64,000 bases of DNA from Opitutia bacterium. Lineage in GTDB: Bacteria; Verrucomicrobiota; Verrucomicrobiia; Opitutales; T3Sed10-336. The stretch spans positions 1-64,000 of the forward strand of contig JBJHCF010000017.1 of NCBI GenBank assembly GCA_050506795.1. Direction: 5' to 3'. Shown piece after piece: positions 1 to 10,300 of the stretch (positions within the stretch are counted from its first letter, which is position 1; each line of letters opens with the position of its first letter). The notes under the pieces were generated by a model, which had not been told where the DNA came from, did no database searches, and saw nothing but the letters and a program-made list of their open reading frames with translations. The translations under genes were made by a program, and so were the position numbers.

Positions 1-193
1 GAACCGTCGTCCTTACGCCACACAAAACGCCGGCTGAAGCCTGGCGCTACAGGTTCCCGGGCACCCCGTAGCTCCGTGCTATTAGCCGGAGTGTCTTCTT
101 TCGCGGGAACCGTCGTCCTTACGCCACGCAAAACGCCGGCTGAAGCCTGGCGCTACTTGAGAATCCTGGTGTAGCGCCAAGCTTTCCAGCCGG
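1..193. repeat. GTAG-family REP cluster (BIME/REPIN-like), 106-bp period, probably truncated by the window start
   Basis: A 50-nt direct repeat at 1-50 and 107-156 (1 mismatch) ends in CGCCGGCTGAAGCCTGGCGCTAC (28-50, 134-156). Inverted degenerate copies starting GTAGC lie at 68-89 and 171-193. Confidence 0.8.
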
Positions 194-199
194 AGGTTT

Positions 200-1504
200 C
201 TAGAGGTTCAGCATCTGGTTCGCTTCCGGGGCGTCTTCGAATTCCTCGCTGGTGGCGTTCCAGGTGAGCTCTCTTCCGGGAGCGACCCGGCAGGCGGCGT
301 GGGCTGCGGCGCAGAGGGTGTTGGTGAAATGACCCTGTTCCACCGGGGCCACCGGGGTTTTCCGGGAGCGGATACATTCCAGCCAATTGGCGGTGTGGTC
401 GGTGCTGACTTCCAGGAGCCGGTCGGAGTCGTCCGGTTCGGCCAGCAGGGCCCGGTCGGAGGCATCGAAGAAACCGCGCTGGGCGTGCGCCCATGCCTCG
501 TCGCCTTCGAACCGCACGCTGGGAGGGTGTTCCTCGGTGGATTCGATCCGCATGACCAGACCACTGGGGAAGGTGACGTCGGCCACCAGGGTGGTGTGCA
601 CGTCGAAAATTCCCCGGTCGGGGAATTCGGCTTCACCCTTGACGGTGAACGGGCTGCGTTCGTCCAGGCCCATGCCCCAGATCGCGCTGTCGACCATGTG
701 GGTGCCCCAGCCGGTGATCATCCCCAGGCAATGCGCTGAAACCTGCAGGAATCCCGGCCGTCCGAAACCGTTGATGGGATGGACCCGGTCCTCGGTGTAC
801 GGAATATCGGTGTAGGGGCGGAGCCAGCCTTCGTAGTCGAAGTGTTCGGGAACGTCCATCGGGGCGGCGTTTCCTGTTCCCTGATCCACCGGGAGTCTGA
901 CGTGGATGAAGTTCACCTCACCGAGACGGCCGGCGCGAACCGCCTCGCAAACCCGTCGAAAATGAACGCTCGACCGTTGCTGGGAGCCGACCTGAAGCAC
1001 ACATCCGTTTCCGCGAACGGCTTCGACCAGGGCGCGCCCTTCGTTTACGCCGTAGGTCAGCGGTTTCTCAATGTAGATGTCTTTGCCGGCGCGCACGGCG
1101 TCCAGCGCGATAATACCGTGGGTGTGGTCCGGCGTGGAGATCAACACCGCGTCGATGTCCGGGCGCTCCAGCAACTCCCGGTAGTCGGAGTATTCGCCGA
1201 CCGGGTCGGAACCTTCCTGGCGCCGGTTGATCATGGCCGCCCGATTCCGCATACGGTTGCGGTCGACATCGCACACCGCCACAAACCGCGCGTTGAAGCG
1301 ACCCGCGTTCGCGAGCGTGTTGTTGATGTTCCCACCCGCCTGGCGTCCGCAACCGATGGCGCCGATGTTGATCCGTTCGTTCGCGCCGGAAGCTCCGAAT
1401 ATTCTGGAAGGCACTATGAGGGAGGCGGTTCCGGCAAGAAGCATCGAATGAAGAAACTGTCGGCGGTTGAGGTTGAATCGGGTGGTTGGTATTCTTCTTG
1501 GCAT
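200..1504 (-). CDS. Gfo/Idh/MocA-family oxidoreductase with Tat signal peptide
   Basis: NRRQFL twin-arginine motif, IGAIGCGRQA Rossmann motif, ISTPDHTH, YIEKP, QVGSQQRS, WGTHMVD. Confidence 0.92.
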   Translation of the reverse strand: MPRRIPTTRFNLNRRQFLHSMLLAGTASLIVPSRIFGASGANERINIGAIGCGRQAGGNINNTLANAGRFNARFVAVCDVDRNRMRNRAAMINRRQEGSDPVGEYSDYRELLERPDIDAVLISTPDHTHGIIALDAVRAGKDIYIEKPLTYGVNEGRALVEAVRGNGCVLQVGSQQRSSVHFRRVCEAVRAGRLGEVNFIHVRLPVDQGTGNAAPMDVPEHFDYEGWLRPYTDIPYTEDRVHPINGFGRPGFLQVSAHCLGMITGWGTHMVDSAIWGMGLDERSPFTVKGEAEFPDRGIFDVHTTLVADVTFPSGLVMRIESTEEHPPSVRFEGDEAWAHAQRGFFDASDRALLAEPDDSDRLLEVSTDHTANWLECIRSRKTPVAPVEQGHFTNTLCAAAHAACRVAPGRELTWNATSEEFEDAPEANQMLNL

Positions 1505-1604
1505 AGTTGTTCAGGTAGGGCGTTAAAAAAAATTAACAGAATGCTAAAAAGTCTGTCGAATTTTCCCGATTAGGACAAGCAATCCTTTTGTGAGAGCGCC
1601 TTGA

Positions 1605-1655
1605 TGCAACGATGTGCCGCGAATTCCGCAGTGCCGGGAAATCCAACGATGTGCA
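1605..1655. promoter_or_regulatory. Two putative LacI-type operator sites in the divergent promoter region
   Basis: TGCAACGATGTGCC (1605-1618) and TCCAACGATGTGCA (1642-1655); same core recurs at 7012, 15275 and, reversed and degenerate, 23013. Confidence 0.65.
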
Positions 1656-1701
1656 TCCGAATTTGATTGAAGCCGCACGGCGTTCTCCTTGGGGTTGGGG
1701 C

Positions 1702-2682
1702 ATGTGTCCTGGAACTGGTTTGCGAAGTGTGGCGTGGACGGGAGTGTTTGCGGCGGTCCTGATGGTTCATGTGGGTGGGCTACAGTCCGCTACCGCTGAG
1801 TTTTCCCTGCAGAAAACGGAGAACAAGGTGGTTTTGCTGGAGAACGGGGCGCCCGTTTTCGCGTTTAACCATGGTGAAATTCAGCCTCCGAACGGGGGTG
1901 TCGCCCGCAGCGGATATGTGCATCCGTTGTACGGGCCCGACGGTGATGTCCTCACCGACGACTTTCCCTCGGACCATCCGCACCACCGCGGCGTATTTTT
2001 CGGCTGGCCGCAAATGACTGTTCTGGGAAACAGTGTGGACGTTTGGCATCTCCGCGGGTTGCGGCCAAGGTTTCACGAATGGGGCGAACTTCTGGTGGAA
2101 GGGGAACCCGCCGGGCTGAAGGTGGTGAATTTCTGGCGACCTGAGGGAAGTGACGACCCGGCGGTTGAAGAACGGGTGCGATTCCGGGTCCATCCCTCGG
2201 ATGAGACCGGACGTATGATCGATATCCACGGCACGTTTTTGAATCTGAGCGATGAACCGATCGTACTCCGGGGGCAGGTGGGCGCCGGGTACGGAGGACT
2301 GAATGTGCGGATGGACGGCGGGCGGCCGGAGGTGGTCATCACCACCGCGAACGGCGTTTTAGAGGGCGACGCCAACGCGTTGGACCCAGCCAGTCCCTGG
2401 GCCGCGCACAGCAGCCGGGCCGGTCGGGATCGTCCACGCTCCGGGGTGGCAATTTTTCAGCATCCCGGGAACCCGGGTTATCCGGTCCGCAGTTGGACGC
2501 TTCGCTACTACGGCTTTCTCGGCGCGGCGTGGCCGGGTGAAACGAGCCACACCATCGAACCCGATGAGGCGCTGGATCTGCGGTATCGGCTGTATGTGTT
2601 TAGGGGCACGCCCGAGGAGGCGAAGGTGGCCGAGCGCTTCGCCGAGTTTGCGGATAAGAATTCGGACCAGGGCGGGAGGTAA
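1702..2682 (+). CDS. Secreted DUF6807 / PmoA-like family protein (not a true methane monooxygenase)
   Basis: Signal peptide from ATG 1702; RSGYVHPLYGPDG-x-LTDDFPSDHPHHRGVFFGW and GYGGL motifs typical of the family. Confidence 0.75.
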   Translation: MCPGTGLRSVAWTGVFAAVLMVHVGGLQSATAEFSLQKTENKVVLLENGAPVFAFNHGEIQPPNGGVARSGYVHPLYGPDGDVLTDDFPSDHPHHRGVFFGWPQMTVLGNSVDVWHLRGLRPRFHEWGELLVEGEPAGLKVVNFWRPEGSDDPAVEERVRFRVHPSDETGRMIDIHGTFLNLSDEPIVLRGQVGAGYGGLNVRMDGGRPEVVITTANGVLEGDANALDPASPWAAHSSRAGRDRPRSGVAIFQHPGNPGYPVRSWTLRYYGFLGAAWPGETSHTIEPDEALDLRYRLYVFRGTPEEAKVAERFAEFADKNSDQGGR

Positions 2683-2842
2683 TCTTGTCCGGACGGTCCA
2701 TTTGACGGGTAAAACGGCGCCTGGAAACGACAATTTAATCCATGACGCACTGAATGAATTGCGAAGCTGCGCCACCTGCAGGAAATGCGCCGGATAATCC
2801 GGACCCAGATGCCGCCGCCGGTTCTCAGTCTCTTCAACGTTT

Positions 2843-4027
2843 ATGAAAATCGCACAGATCCAGCTTTTTCCGGTTCGTTATCGAATGACGTCCTTTTTCA
2901 AGTTTTTCAGCGACGCCAGCGGGAACGCGGGCCGGCCTGCAATTATCGTCAAGGTCACAGCCGACGACGGCACGGTGGGCTGGGGACAATCGGTTCCGAT
3001 CGCCAAGTGGAGTTATGAGACTTTCGAGACGGCGCTGGTATTGCTTAGCGATTACTATGGGCCGGCGCTTGTCGGGCACGACCCCACGGATATCGAAGGC
3101 GCTCATGCCCGGATGAGCGAGGCGGTGGCCAACGGTTTCTCCACCGGAAACCCGATCACTCGCAGCGGCATCGACATTGCTCTGCACGACCTGGCCGGTA
3201 AGATCACCGGGAAATCCCTGGCGCAGATGTGGGAGATGCCGGCCGGGGAGCCTGTGGAGCTTAGCTGGACGGTGAACGTGGTCGACTTGGATCAGATCGA
3301 CGGGTTGCTGGAGGAGGGGCGACAAGCCGGATTCCGGAACTTCAATATCAAGGTCGGGCCAGACCCGGAGTTTGACCGGGAACTGGCTCGCCGGGTGCGT
3401 GCGGCTGCGCCCGAATCGTTCCTTTGGGCTGATGCCAACACCGGTTATGGGGTCGAAGCTGCCCTGCGGGCGGCGCCGATTCTGGCCGATGAGGGAGTGG
3501 ACGTGTTGGAGGCGCCACTTCCTCCGAATCGGATTGAAGGTTATCGGAAACTGATAAGACAGGGGGCCCTACCGATCCTCATGGACGAGGGTTTGGTCAG
3601 TCCGGTCGAGGTGGGGGAGTTTGCGGATCTCGGCATGATCGACGGTGTGGCCATGAAACCGGCGCGCACCGGCGGCCTCTGGTCGTGCAGCCGTCAGATC
3701 GAGATCTGTCGTGAGCGGGACATGATGTGGCTGGGGAGTGGACTGACCGACCCCGACATCTCTTTTGCCGCTTCGGTAGGGCTCTACTCCGCCTACGGCC
3801 TGAAAAAACCGGCGGCCTTAAACGGGGCGCCTCAATTTTTATGTGAAAGTGTATTGATCAAAGACCTCGTAATCGAAGACGGAATGGTCCGTCCGCCCAC
3901 CGGTTTTGGATTGGGGATCGAGGTGGATGAGGACAAGGTGATTGACCTGATGCGAAGAAGCGGTGGAGATAGGCTTGTCGAACGGATGTGCCCCGGCGCC
4001 GGCGGAGTGGCGGCGATCGGAGCCTGA
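2843..4027 (+). CDS. Enolase superfamily, mandelate racemase/muconate lactonizing enzyme-like protein
   Basis: Capping domain (DGTVGWGQ, IDIALHDLAGK); metal ligands in WADAN, LEAP, MDEG; AMKPARTGG. Confidence 0.9.
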   Translation: MKIAQIQLFPVRYRMTSFFKFFSDASGNAGRPAIIVKVTADDGTVGWGQSVPIAKWSYETFETALVLLSDYYGPALVGHDPTDIEGAHARMSEAVANGFSTGNPITRSGIDIALHDLAGKITGKSLAQMWEMPAGEPVELSWTVNVVDLDQIDGLLEEGRQAGFRNFNIKVGPDPEFDRELARRVRAAAPESFLWADANTGYGVEAALRAAPILADEGVDVLEAPLPPNRIEGYRKLIRQGALPILMDEGLVSPVEVGEFADLGMIDGVAMKPARTGGLWSCSRQIEICRERDMMWLGSGLTDPDISFAASVGLYSAYGLKKPAALNGAPQFLCESVLIKDLVIEDGMVRPPTGFGLGIEVDEDKVIDLMRRSGGDRLVERMCPGAGGVAAIGA

Positions 4028-4049
4028 ATCGGTTGGAGATGCCTAGACT

Positions 4050-5849
4050 ATGAATGAATCGGATCCCCTGAAACCGGCTGCGCCAGCAGTCGAGGACACT
4101 GATCGCATCCGCTTGGACGCCGCCAACAAAGCGGGCGGTTTGACCAAACTCAGGACCTACGTCTCCCTGTCCGGTCCGGGTTATCTACAGAGCGCCATCA
4201 CGCTGGGCGGGGGGTCGCTGGCCGGGAGTCTTTACCTGGGGGTTCTCGCCGGTCCCGGAATGTTGTGGGTGCAGCCGCTGGCCATGCTGCTGGGCATTAT
4301 CATGCTCTCGGCCATCGCCTATGTCACCCTTTCCACCGGGCGGCGTCCGTTCGAGGCGATCAATTCCGAGGTCAATCCCGTCTTTGGCTGGGGTTGGGCG
4401 CTGGCAGCGTTCGTCGCCAACATGGTTTGGGTGATGCCTCAGTACGCCCTGGCGGTGGGGGTGTTTCAGCAAAACCTGTTGCCCGGAGTTTTCGGAGCGG
4501 AAGGCCCTTTGCCGCCCTTTTACAGCACGCTCATTCTGGTTACAGCGATCTTCGCCCTCGCGCTCTGGGTCACCTGGAGTTACGGAAAGCCGGGTCTCGG
4601 GGTAAAGCTCTTCGAGTTTGTGTTGAAGCTGATGGTCGCATTCATCGTGCTGGCATTCATCGGGGTGGTGGTTCGCCTGTCGTTCGAGCCGGGCGCATTG
4701 AACTGGGGAGAGATTCTGCGGGGGTTCATCCCCAACCCGGGAATGCTGACCCGGCCCGCAGAGGGTTTTGAGGATCTACTGGTGTACCTCTCGCCTGAAA
4801 TCGCCGGGTACTGGAGGGAAATTATCGTCGGCGACCAGCGCGGGGTGATTGTGACCACGGCAGCCACCGCGGTCGGGATCAACATGACTTTCATTTTCGG
4901 GTATTCCCTTTTGCGGCGACGCTGGACCCGCGAGTTTCGCGGGTTCGTCAAGTTCGACCTCGCCACCGGGATGCTGATCCCGTTTCTGATCGCGACTTCC
5001 TGCGTCGTGATCGCGGCCGCCAGTCAGTTTCATGGCGTTCCGCAGCACGGTCTCATGGACGCGGAAGAGATGGCGGAAGTGCGGCGGGAAATCGGTGCGA
5101 CCGAGTTGACGGTTCCTCCCGAAATTCGTCAGCCGTCGTCCCAGCAACGGGCGCGGTACGAAGCACTGTTGTCCGAACTGGCCCTTCTCGCCCTGGATGC
5201 CGGCGAAGCGGATGCGATTCGCGAGGAGTTCGCGGGCCTTGGCCCTGAGGCGCATGCGGAGCGCACCGCCGATCTGATCGCCCAGACTACGAAATACGAC
5301 CGTTACCTGGCCGCTTCCATGGTTCGCCGGAACAACTTCGACTTGGCCAACGCGCTGGAGCCGCTTCTTGGTTGGGTGTTCGCGCAGATCGTTTTCGGAC
5401 TCGGTGTGTTGGGCATGACTTTTTCGAGTATCGTGATGCTGATGGTTATCTCGGGAATCGGCTTCTGTGAGTTTCTCAAAAAACCGCATGAGGGGGTATG
5501 GTTCCGAATTGGGTCTCTGTTTCCAGTGACCGGTTTGTTTGGGGCGTTTTTCTGGGCGGGACAGCCGTGGTTGGTAGTGCCGACTTCGGTGTTTGCTTTC
5601 CTCCTGATTCCGCTCGCCTACATTTCCTTTTTCGCGCTGATGAATCACCGAAGGTTGCTCGGCAAGGATATGCCGCAGGGCCGACAGCGCTTTGCCTGGA
5701 ACCTTCTTATGGGAATCGCCCTTTTGATTATCGTGCCATCGAGCCTGTATGTGCTTTTCGAGCGTTACAGTTGGGGCGGGATCATGGTCGCGCTGGCCCT
5801 GGTCGCCTTCGCTGGAATCGTCCATTGGCAACGGGCCGGACGGAGGTGA
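4050..5849 (+). CDS. NRAMP/APC-superfamily-like membrane transporter (PVC type)
   Basis: About 11-12 hydrophobic segments; SGPGYLQSAITLGGGSL, TAVGINMTF and large soluble loop typical of the PVC NRAMP-like family. Confidence 0.75.
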   Translation: MNESDPLKPAAPAVEDTDRIRLDAANKAGGLTKLRTYVSLSGPGYLQSAITLGGGSLAGSLYLGVLAGPGMLWVQPLAMLLGIIMLSAIAYVTLSTGRRPFEAINSEVNPVFGWGWALAAFVANMVWVMPQYALAVGVFQQNLLPGVFGAEGPLPPFYSTLILVTAIFALALWVTWSYGKPGLGVKLFEFVLKLMVAFIVLAFIGVVVRLSFEPGALNWGEILRGFIPNPGMLTRPAEGFEDLLVYLSPEIAGYWREIIVGDQRGVIVTTAATAVGINMTFIFGYSLLRRRWTREFRGFVKFDLATGMLIPFLIATSCVVIAAASQFHGVPQHGLMDAEEMAEVRREIGATELTVPPEIRQPSSQQRARYEALLSELALLALDAGEADAIREEFAGLGPEAHAERTADLIAQTTKYDRYLAASMVRRNNFDLANALEPLLGWVFAQIVFGLGVLGMTFSSIVMLMVISGIGFCEFLKKPHEGVWFRIGSLFPVTGLFGAFFWAGQPWLVVPTSVFAFLLIPLAYISFFALMNHRRLLGKDMPQGRQRFAWNLLMGIALLIIVPSSLYVLFERYSWGGIMVALALVAFAGIVHWQRAGRR

Positions 5850-5927
5850 ACGGTGACCGATTCCCCAACCTGAATTCGTGGTGAGAGCGGAGAACGATTC
5901 GAGGCCGGAGCGGGCATTCTGAAAGGT

Positions 5928-6968
5928 ATGGAAATCCTGCCGACAATGAAGGATGTCGCCGATCGGGCCGGAGTGCATCCCTCCACGGTCTCCCGGGTTT
6001 TGAGCAACAGTCCGCGGGTGACCGCCAAGACGAGGGAGAAAGTGAGGGCGGCGGTACAATCCCTTGGTTACCGGCCGAACCCTTACATCAGTATCCTGAT
6101 GCGCAACCGGCGTCAAAGGAAGACTCCGGAGGCCAAGGCAACCCTGGCCCTGCTGACGACCTTTCCATCCCGTGATGGCACGATCAAGGAGTTTCCTTTG
6201 CTCGAATCGGCCTTCGAGGCGGCTCGACGGCAGGCCCGGGTTCGAGGTTTCAATCTGGAGGAACTGTGGGCGCCATTGGACCGGATGTCCAGTGACCGCC
6301 TGAACCAGATTTTGCACACGCGGAGTATCAGCGGAATTCTGCTGGCTCCTTTTCCCCGCCCGATGGAAACTTTTGGATTGAACTGGGATCGGGTCGCGGT
6401 GGTGGCCTGGGGTTTGAGTTTGCTCGACCCCAGGGTGCACCGGGTGCGAAGCAACCACTTCGGCAGTTTGGCTATGGCGATGGACGAGTGTCACCGGCTG
6501 GGGTACCGCCGCGTCGGATTGGCTCTTCGCCAGGAGACCAATGTTCGGGCCGGAAAACGTTGGGAGGCGGCTTATTATTTAAAGCAACGCGAACTCGGCA
6601 TCGAAAACCCTCCGGCGGCTTATCTGGCTTCAAACTGGACTAAGGAACCCTTTCTCCGCTGGCTCGACCGGGAACGGCCGGATGCCATTCTTTGCTACAC
6701 CCGGTACGGCATGCCGTTCGAGTGGCTGGAATCCGAGGGGATCAAGGTGCCGAAAGAAGTCGGAGTGGCCAGCCTGGCCTGCTCTCAAGGGGGACAGGTT
6801 TCCGGGGTGCTCGAAAGCTGGGAGCTGCAGGCGGTCCGAGGGATCAATCTGGTCATCGACCTGCTGGCCGATAATGCCTTCGGGTTGCACGACTGTCCCA
6901 ATGTATCCGTCGTGGACGCCGGCTGGAATCCGGGAGAGACCTTGCTGCAGGTACCTGGCCGGGCTTGA
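5928..6968 (+). CDS. LacI-family transcriptional regulator (Opitutae type)
   Basis: [30 protein letters not shown] hinge, periplasmic-binding-protein-like C-terminus ([17 protein letters not shown]). Confidence 0.95.
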   Translation: MEILPTMKDVADRAGVHPSTVSRVLSNSPRVTAKTREKVRAAVQSLGYRPNPYISILMRNRRQRKTPEAKATLALLTTFPSRDGTIKEFPLLESAFEAARRQARVRGFNLEELWAPLDRMSSDRLNQILHTRSISGILLAPFPRPMETFGLNWDRVAVVAWGLSLLDPRVHRVRSNHFGSLAMAMDECHRLGYRRVGLALRQETNVRAGKRWEAAYYLKQRELGIENPPAAYLASNWTKEPFLRWLDRERPDAILCYTRYGMPFEWLESEGIKVPKEVGVASLACSQGGQVSGVLESWELQAVRGINLVIDLLADNAFGLHDCPNVSVVDAGWNPGETLLQVPGRA

Positions 6969-7011
6969 TAGGCCCTTCGCTCGAACCGTAAACACCGCGA
7001 CACCCTTTCGG

Positions 7012-7025
7012 TGCAACGATGTGAA
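7012..7025 (+). promoter_or_regulatory. Putative LacI-type operator upstream of secreted protein A
   Basis: TGCAACGATGTGAA in the AT-rich intergenic region after lacI. Confidence 0.6.
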
Positions 7026-7309
7026 TAGGAAATGCATTGAGGCCGTTCTTTAGAGGGTGTTTGCTTCAGTTCTGTCTTAGACCGGAATAACTCAAGAATT
7101 ATCCTCAATTTTTTGCGACTTTGAATGCAAAGATTCGGCATCCGCGTTATAGGGGCGGGAATTCGAATTTGGTTTCAAACAGGTCGCATTTTCCAAAACC
7201 AACCACCGATTCACCTCTTTGATGGAACACAGTGTCCGGCTGTCCTGGCGAGGAGCCGGGGCTCCCTGCTGCCAGACCTGATTCAATGAACTGCAACTTG
7301 CGCCTACAT

Positions 7310-10300
7310 ATGACTAAACGAACGAAATTCACAAACCCTAGTCCAAGCCTCCGGTTGGCAAGCATCGTTCTGGTGCTGTCATCATTGCTGTTGGCGATAC
7401 AGTCCCCTCTCGACGCCCAGCACAACGGCATAGAACCCGCGTTGGAGTTCAACAATCCGGGAGATCAGATTTTGATCCCGGGCGGGATCACGGTTCCGGC
7501 GGGAAGTGACTTCGAGTTTTCGGTATGGCTTTTCCCCAGATCCTGGGAGGGGAATAATCCGGGGTTGTGGCGCGCCGTTGGTAACGGAGACTTCTTCAAT
7601 ATTTTCCAGGGCGCCACGGGAAGACCGTGGATTCGATGGGGTCCCGGCAACAACATCCTGCAGCCTGCCGACGGATACAGTGTTCCGCTCAACGAGTGGA
7701 CCCAGGTGAGGTATGTCATCACTTCCGGCGAATCCGCTCAATTTTACACCCGCGGCCCGGGTGAAGAGAATTGGACATTGCGCCATTCGGCGAACCACTC
7801 TGTCGAGACCCCGGAGTTCACTTTTACGACCTACGGGTGGCAGTCGTCGCAGGCCGAACGGGTCGTGGGCATTCACAACCGGATTGAGTTTCGGATCGAT
7901 GGGGAGCCTATCATTCAGTGGGACCTGAACGAGGGTCTTGGCGCGTCGATCGCGGGTGACAGCTCCGGTAGTGGAAATGACGGAACGATTGAGGGAGCAC
8001 GCTGGGTCGATACCACCGGCGCCTCGTTGAGATTGGTCAGTGAGATGCCCTTTGATTTCCGTTTTGGCTCCGTGCGGCTGGTCAATGTCCGGGACGATAT
8101 CGGCTCGGGTCGGATCGAAGTTGGAGTGGCGGCGGCAGGGGAACTTCCGTTTACCGACGCGGACATCGCCATCACTTCGCTTCCGGCTGAGCTCGATGGC
8201 AAGGTTGCCTTGAGAACCGCGAACTCCGAGGCGAGCTGGCTCTTCGACGGAGCGGCGACCCCGATTACGGAGATCGAGTGGACTTATATAGACGCGGTTC
8301 CGGATTTGGACGCCGAGGGCAATCCCATACCGGGAGCGAATACCACTCTGGCCGATGGTTCGGGACAGTTTCAACCCGATTATGAGGCGGGGCCTCCGGG
8401 GGGCGATGGCTGGGGGCTCAGGGCTTTCGCCAATAATGGCACGATTCTCCAGGCGTTTGGAGGGGTTCTGGATAGCCGACCGGAGTTAAAAACCACCATC
8501 CGCGACCTCGAACCCGGTAAGGTCTACCCGGTGACGGCGACGTTTTGGCGGGATCCCTCCCTCTGGACGATTCGGGCCGGTTTGCGTTACGGCAACGACC
8601 TTTATGAGAACGAGTTGTTCAATCCGAATCACGGTTCGGCGTATGACGCCAACACGTTCGAGTGGACCGACAGCGTGTTGACGCTGGAAGGCAACCGTAC
8701 GATGTACGTTGCCTTCCTCGGCAACGCGGTCGCCGACGAGAACGGGGAAATCGATGTTTTCATACACGATGTTCCAACCGGCGATCAGGCCCAACGCACC
8801 TGGTACGACGGGGTTGCCGTCGGTTCCGCTCCGTTTATCAGGAGCGGTACCTACCTCGCGTTTGAGGTCGATCGGGATACGACCGTTTATGTGATCAACC
8901 ATCCTTCGTCGGAGCCGGCCTGGCTGACATCAAGTTTCTCCGCGACCGGCATGACCGTCGAAACCACCGCCGGGACGTTTGATGTCTGGGAGCGCGCGGT
9001 TAGCGCCCGCGATTTGATTGTCCTTCCGGGGAACGGCGGCGAGGTGACGGACCCGAATTACTGGGTGGTACTCGGCGAAGGGCAGGATGCCATTACAGAT
9101 GGGTTGGAGAACAACTTTATTGCCGCACCCGATGCGGACTGGAACATCGGAAGCTTTTCCTGGGGAGCGACAAGTGACCCGGAGGCGGAACCGCACACGG
9201 CCTCCTTGTCCGCCGAGGTCGGCGGCTTTAATCCCGAGAGCGGATTTCGCCTGACCTCGACCCTGCGGGTTCCCCGTTTGCAGCAGGAGGGTGCCAACTC
9301 CGTCGGGTTTCTCCTATTGGGCGACGAGGAGGGTGACGCCGCGGTTCGAGCGGAGTGGCTTCCCCGCATGAGCGGCGGAGGTTCCGTGATCCGGTTTGTC
9401 GACCCGGGCAGCAGCGCCGTTCTCGCGGAGGAATCCTGGACCGGCCTGGTGCCGACCGCTACCGACAATGATGTGGGTGTTTCCGCCGGCGCAAGTGAAG
9501 TCGTATTTTCCGCGGGCAGCCCGGTTTTCGCCGAGGACGAGGCAACCGTGGTATTCTCGGAGGACTTCGAAACCGGAGGAGCCGGTTGGACGACCGGAGC
9601 CAACAACGCGGCGGTTGATCAATGGGAGATCGGTGTGCCAACCAGCGGCCCCGGTAGTGCCTTCAGCGGAAGCAATGTGGCGGCGACGAATCTGGATGGT
9701 GTTTACACAACCGGGGGAGTCTTTGACACGATTGCATGGCTTCGTACTCCCGAGATCGATCTCCGGGAGTTCGGTTCGGCCACGCTGCGCTTTCACGAAT
9801 TCCTGGATGTCGACCAGTTTGAACTGGAGGTGGATGGGGAAATTCAAATCTTTCACTTCGCCACCGTGACGGTGTTGGAAGCCGGCACATTGAATGTGCT
9901 GGGGGAAGTGGCGATGTACAATGACGAGATATTCTCCTGGACCGAACGGGTTCTGGACCTGTCCGTTGGGGCGGGCAACCAGATCATTATCGAGTTCGGA
10001 TTGAACACTGACGAGATCGAGGACGATGTAGGCGACGGGTGGTATATCGACGCCGTCGAAGTGACGGCGACCGGAATCCAGATCCAAAGTTTGCCGGTTG
10101 AATTGGCTTCCGACGGAGTCCTCAATGGAGTTTCCACCACAAGTGCCGGAGTCGATGATAGCAGCGACAATTATCTCCAGTTCACCGTCGAAGATCGGGG
10201 CGTATCCGGCAACGAGGGTGTAAGTGTGTACGTCGCCTGGGACGTGCGCGCCTCAGGATTGGAGCCCGATTGGCTGACGCAAAACTTTCAACGTACGGAC

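Noticed and set aside
1..156. Possible CRISPR array
   Set aside because: Only two 50-nt units; the intervening DNA contains an inverted copy of the repeat; no cas genes. A REP cluster fits better.
1702..2682. Particulate methane monooxygenase subunit
   Set aside because: Soluble secreted protein with no pmoB/pmoC neighbours; the family name is misleading.
7190..7300. Riboswitch (cobalamin-like GCCAGACCTG) in the leader of gene A
   Set aside because: A hairpin is present but the conserved cobalamin core elements were not found; an Rfam scan would be needed.
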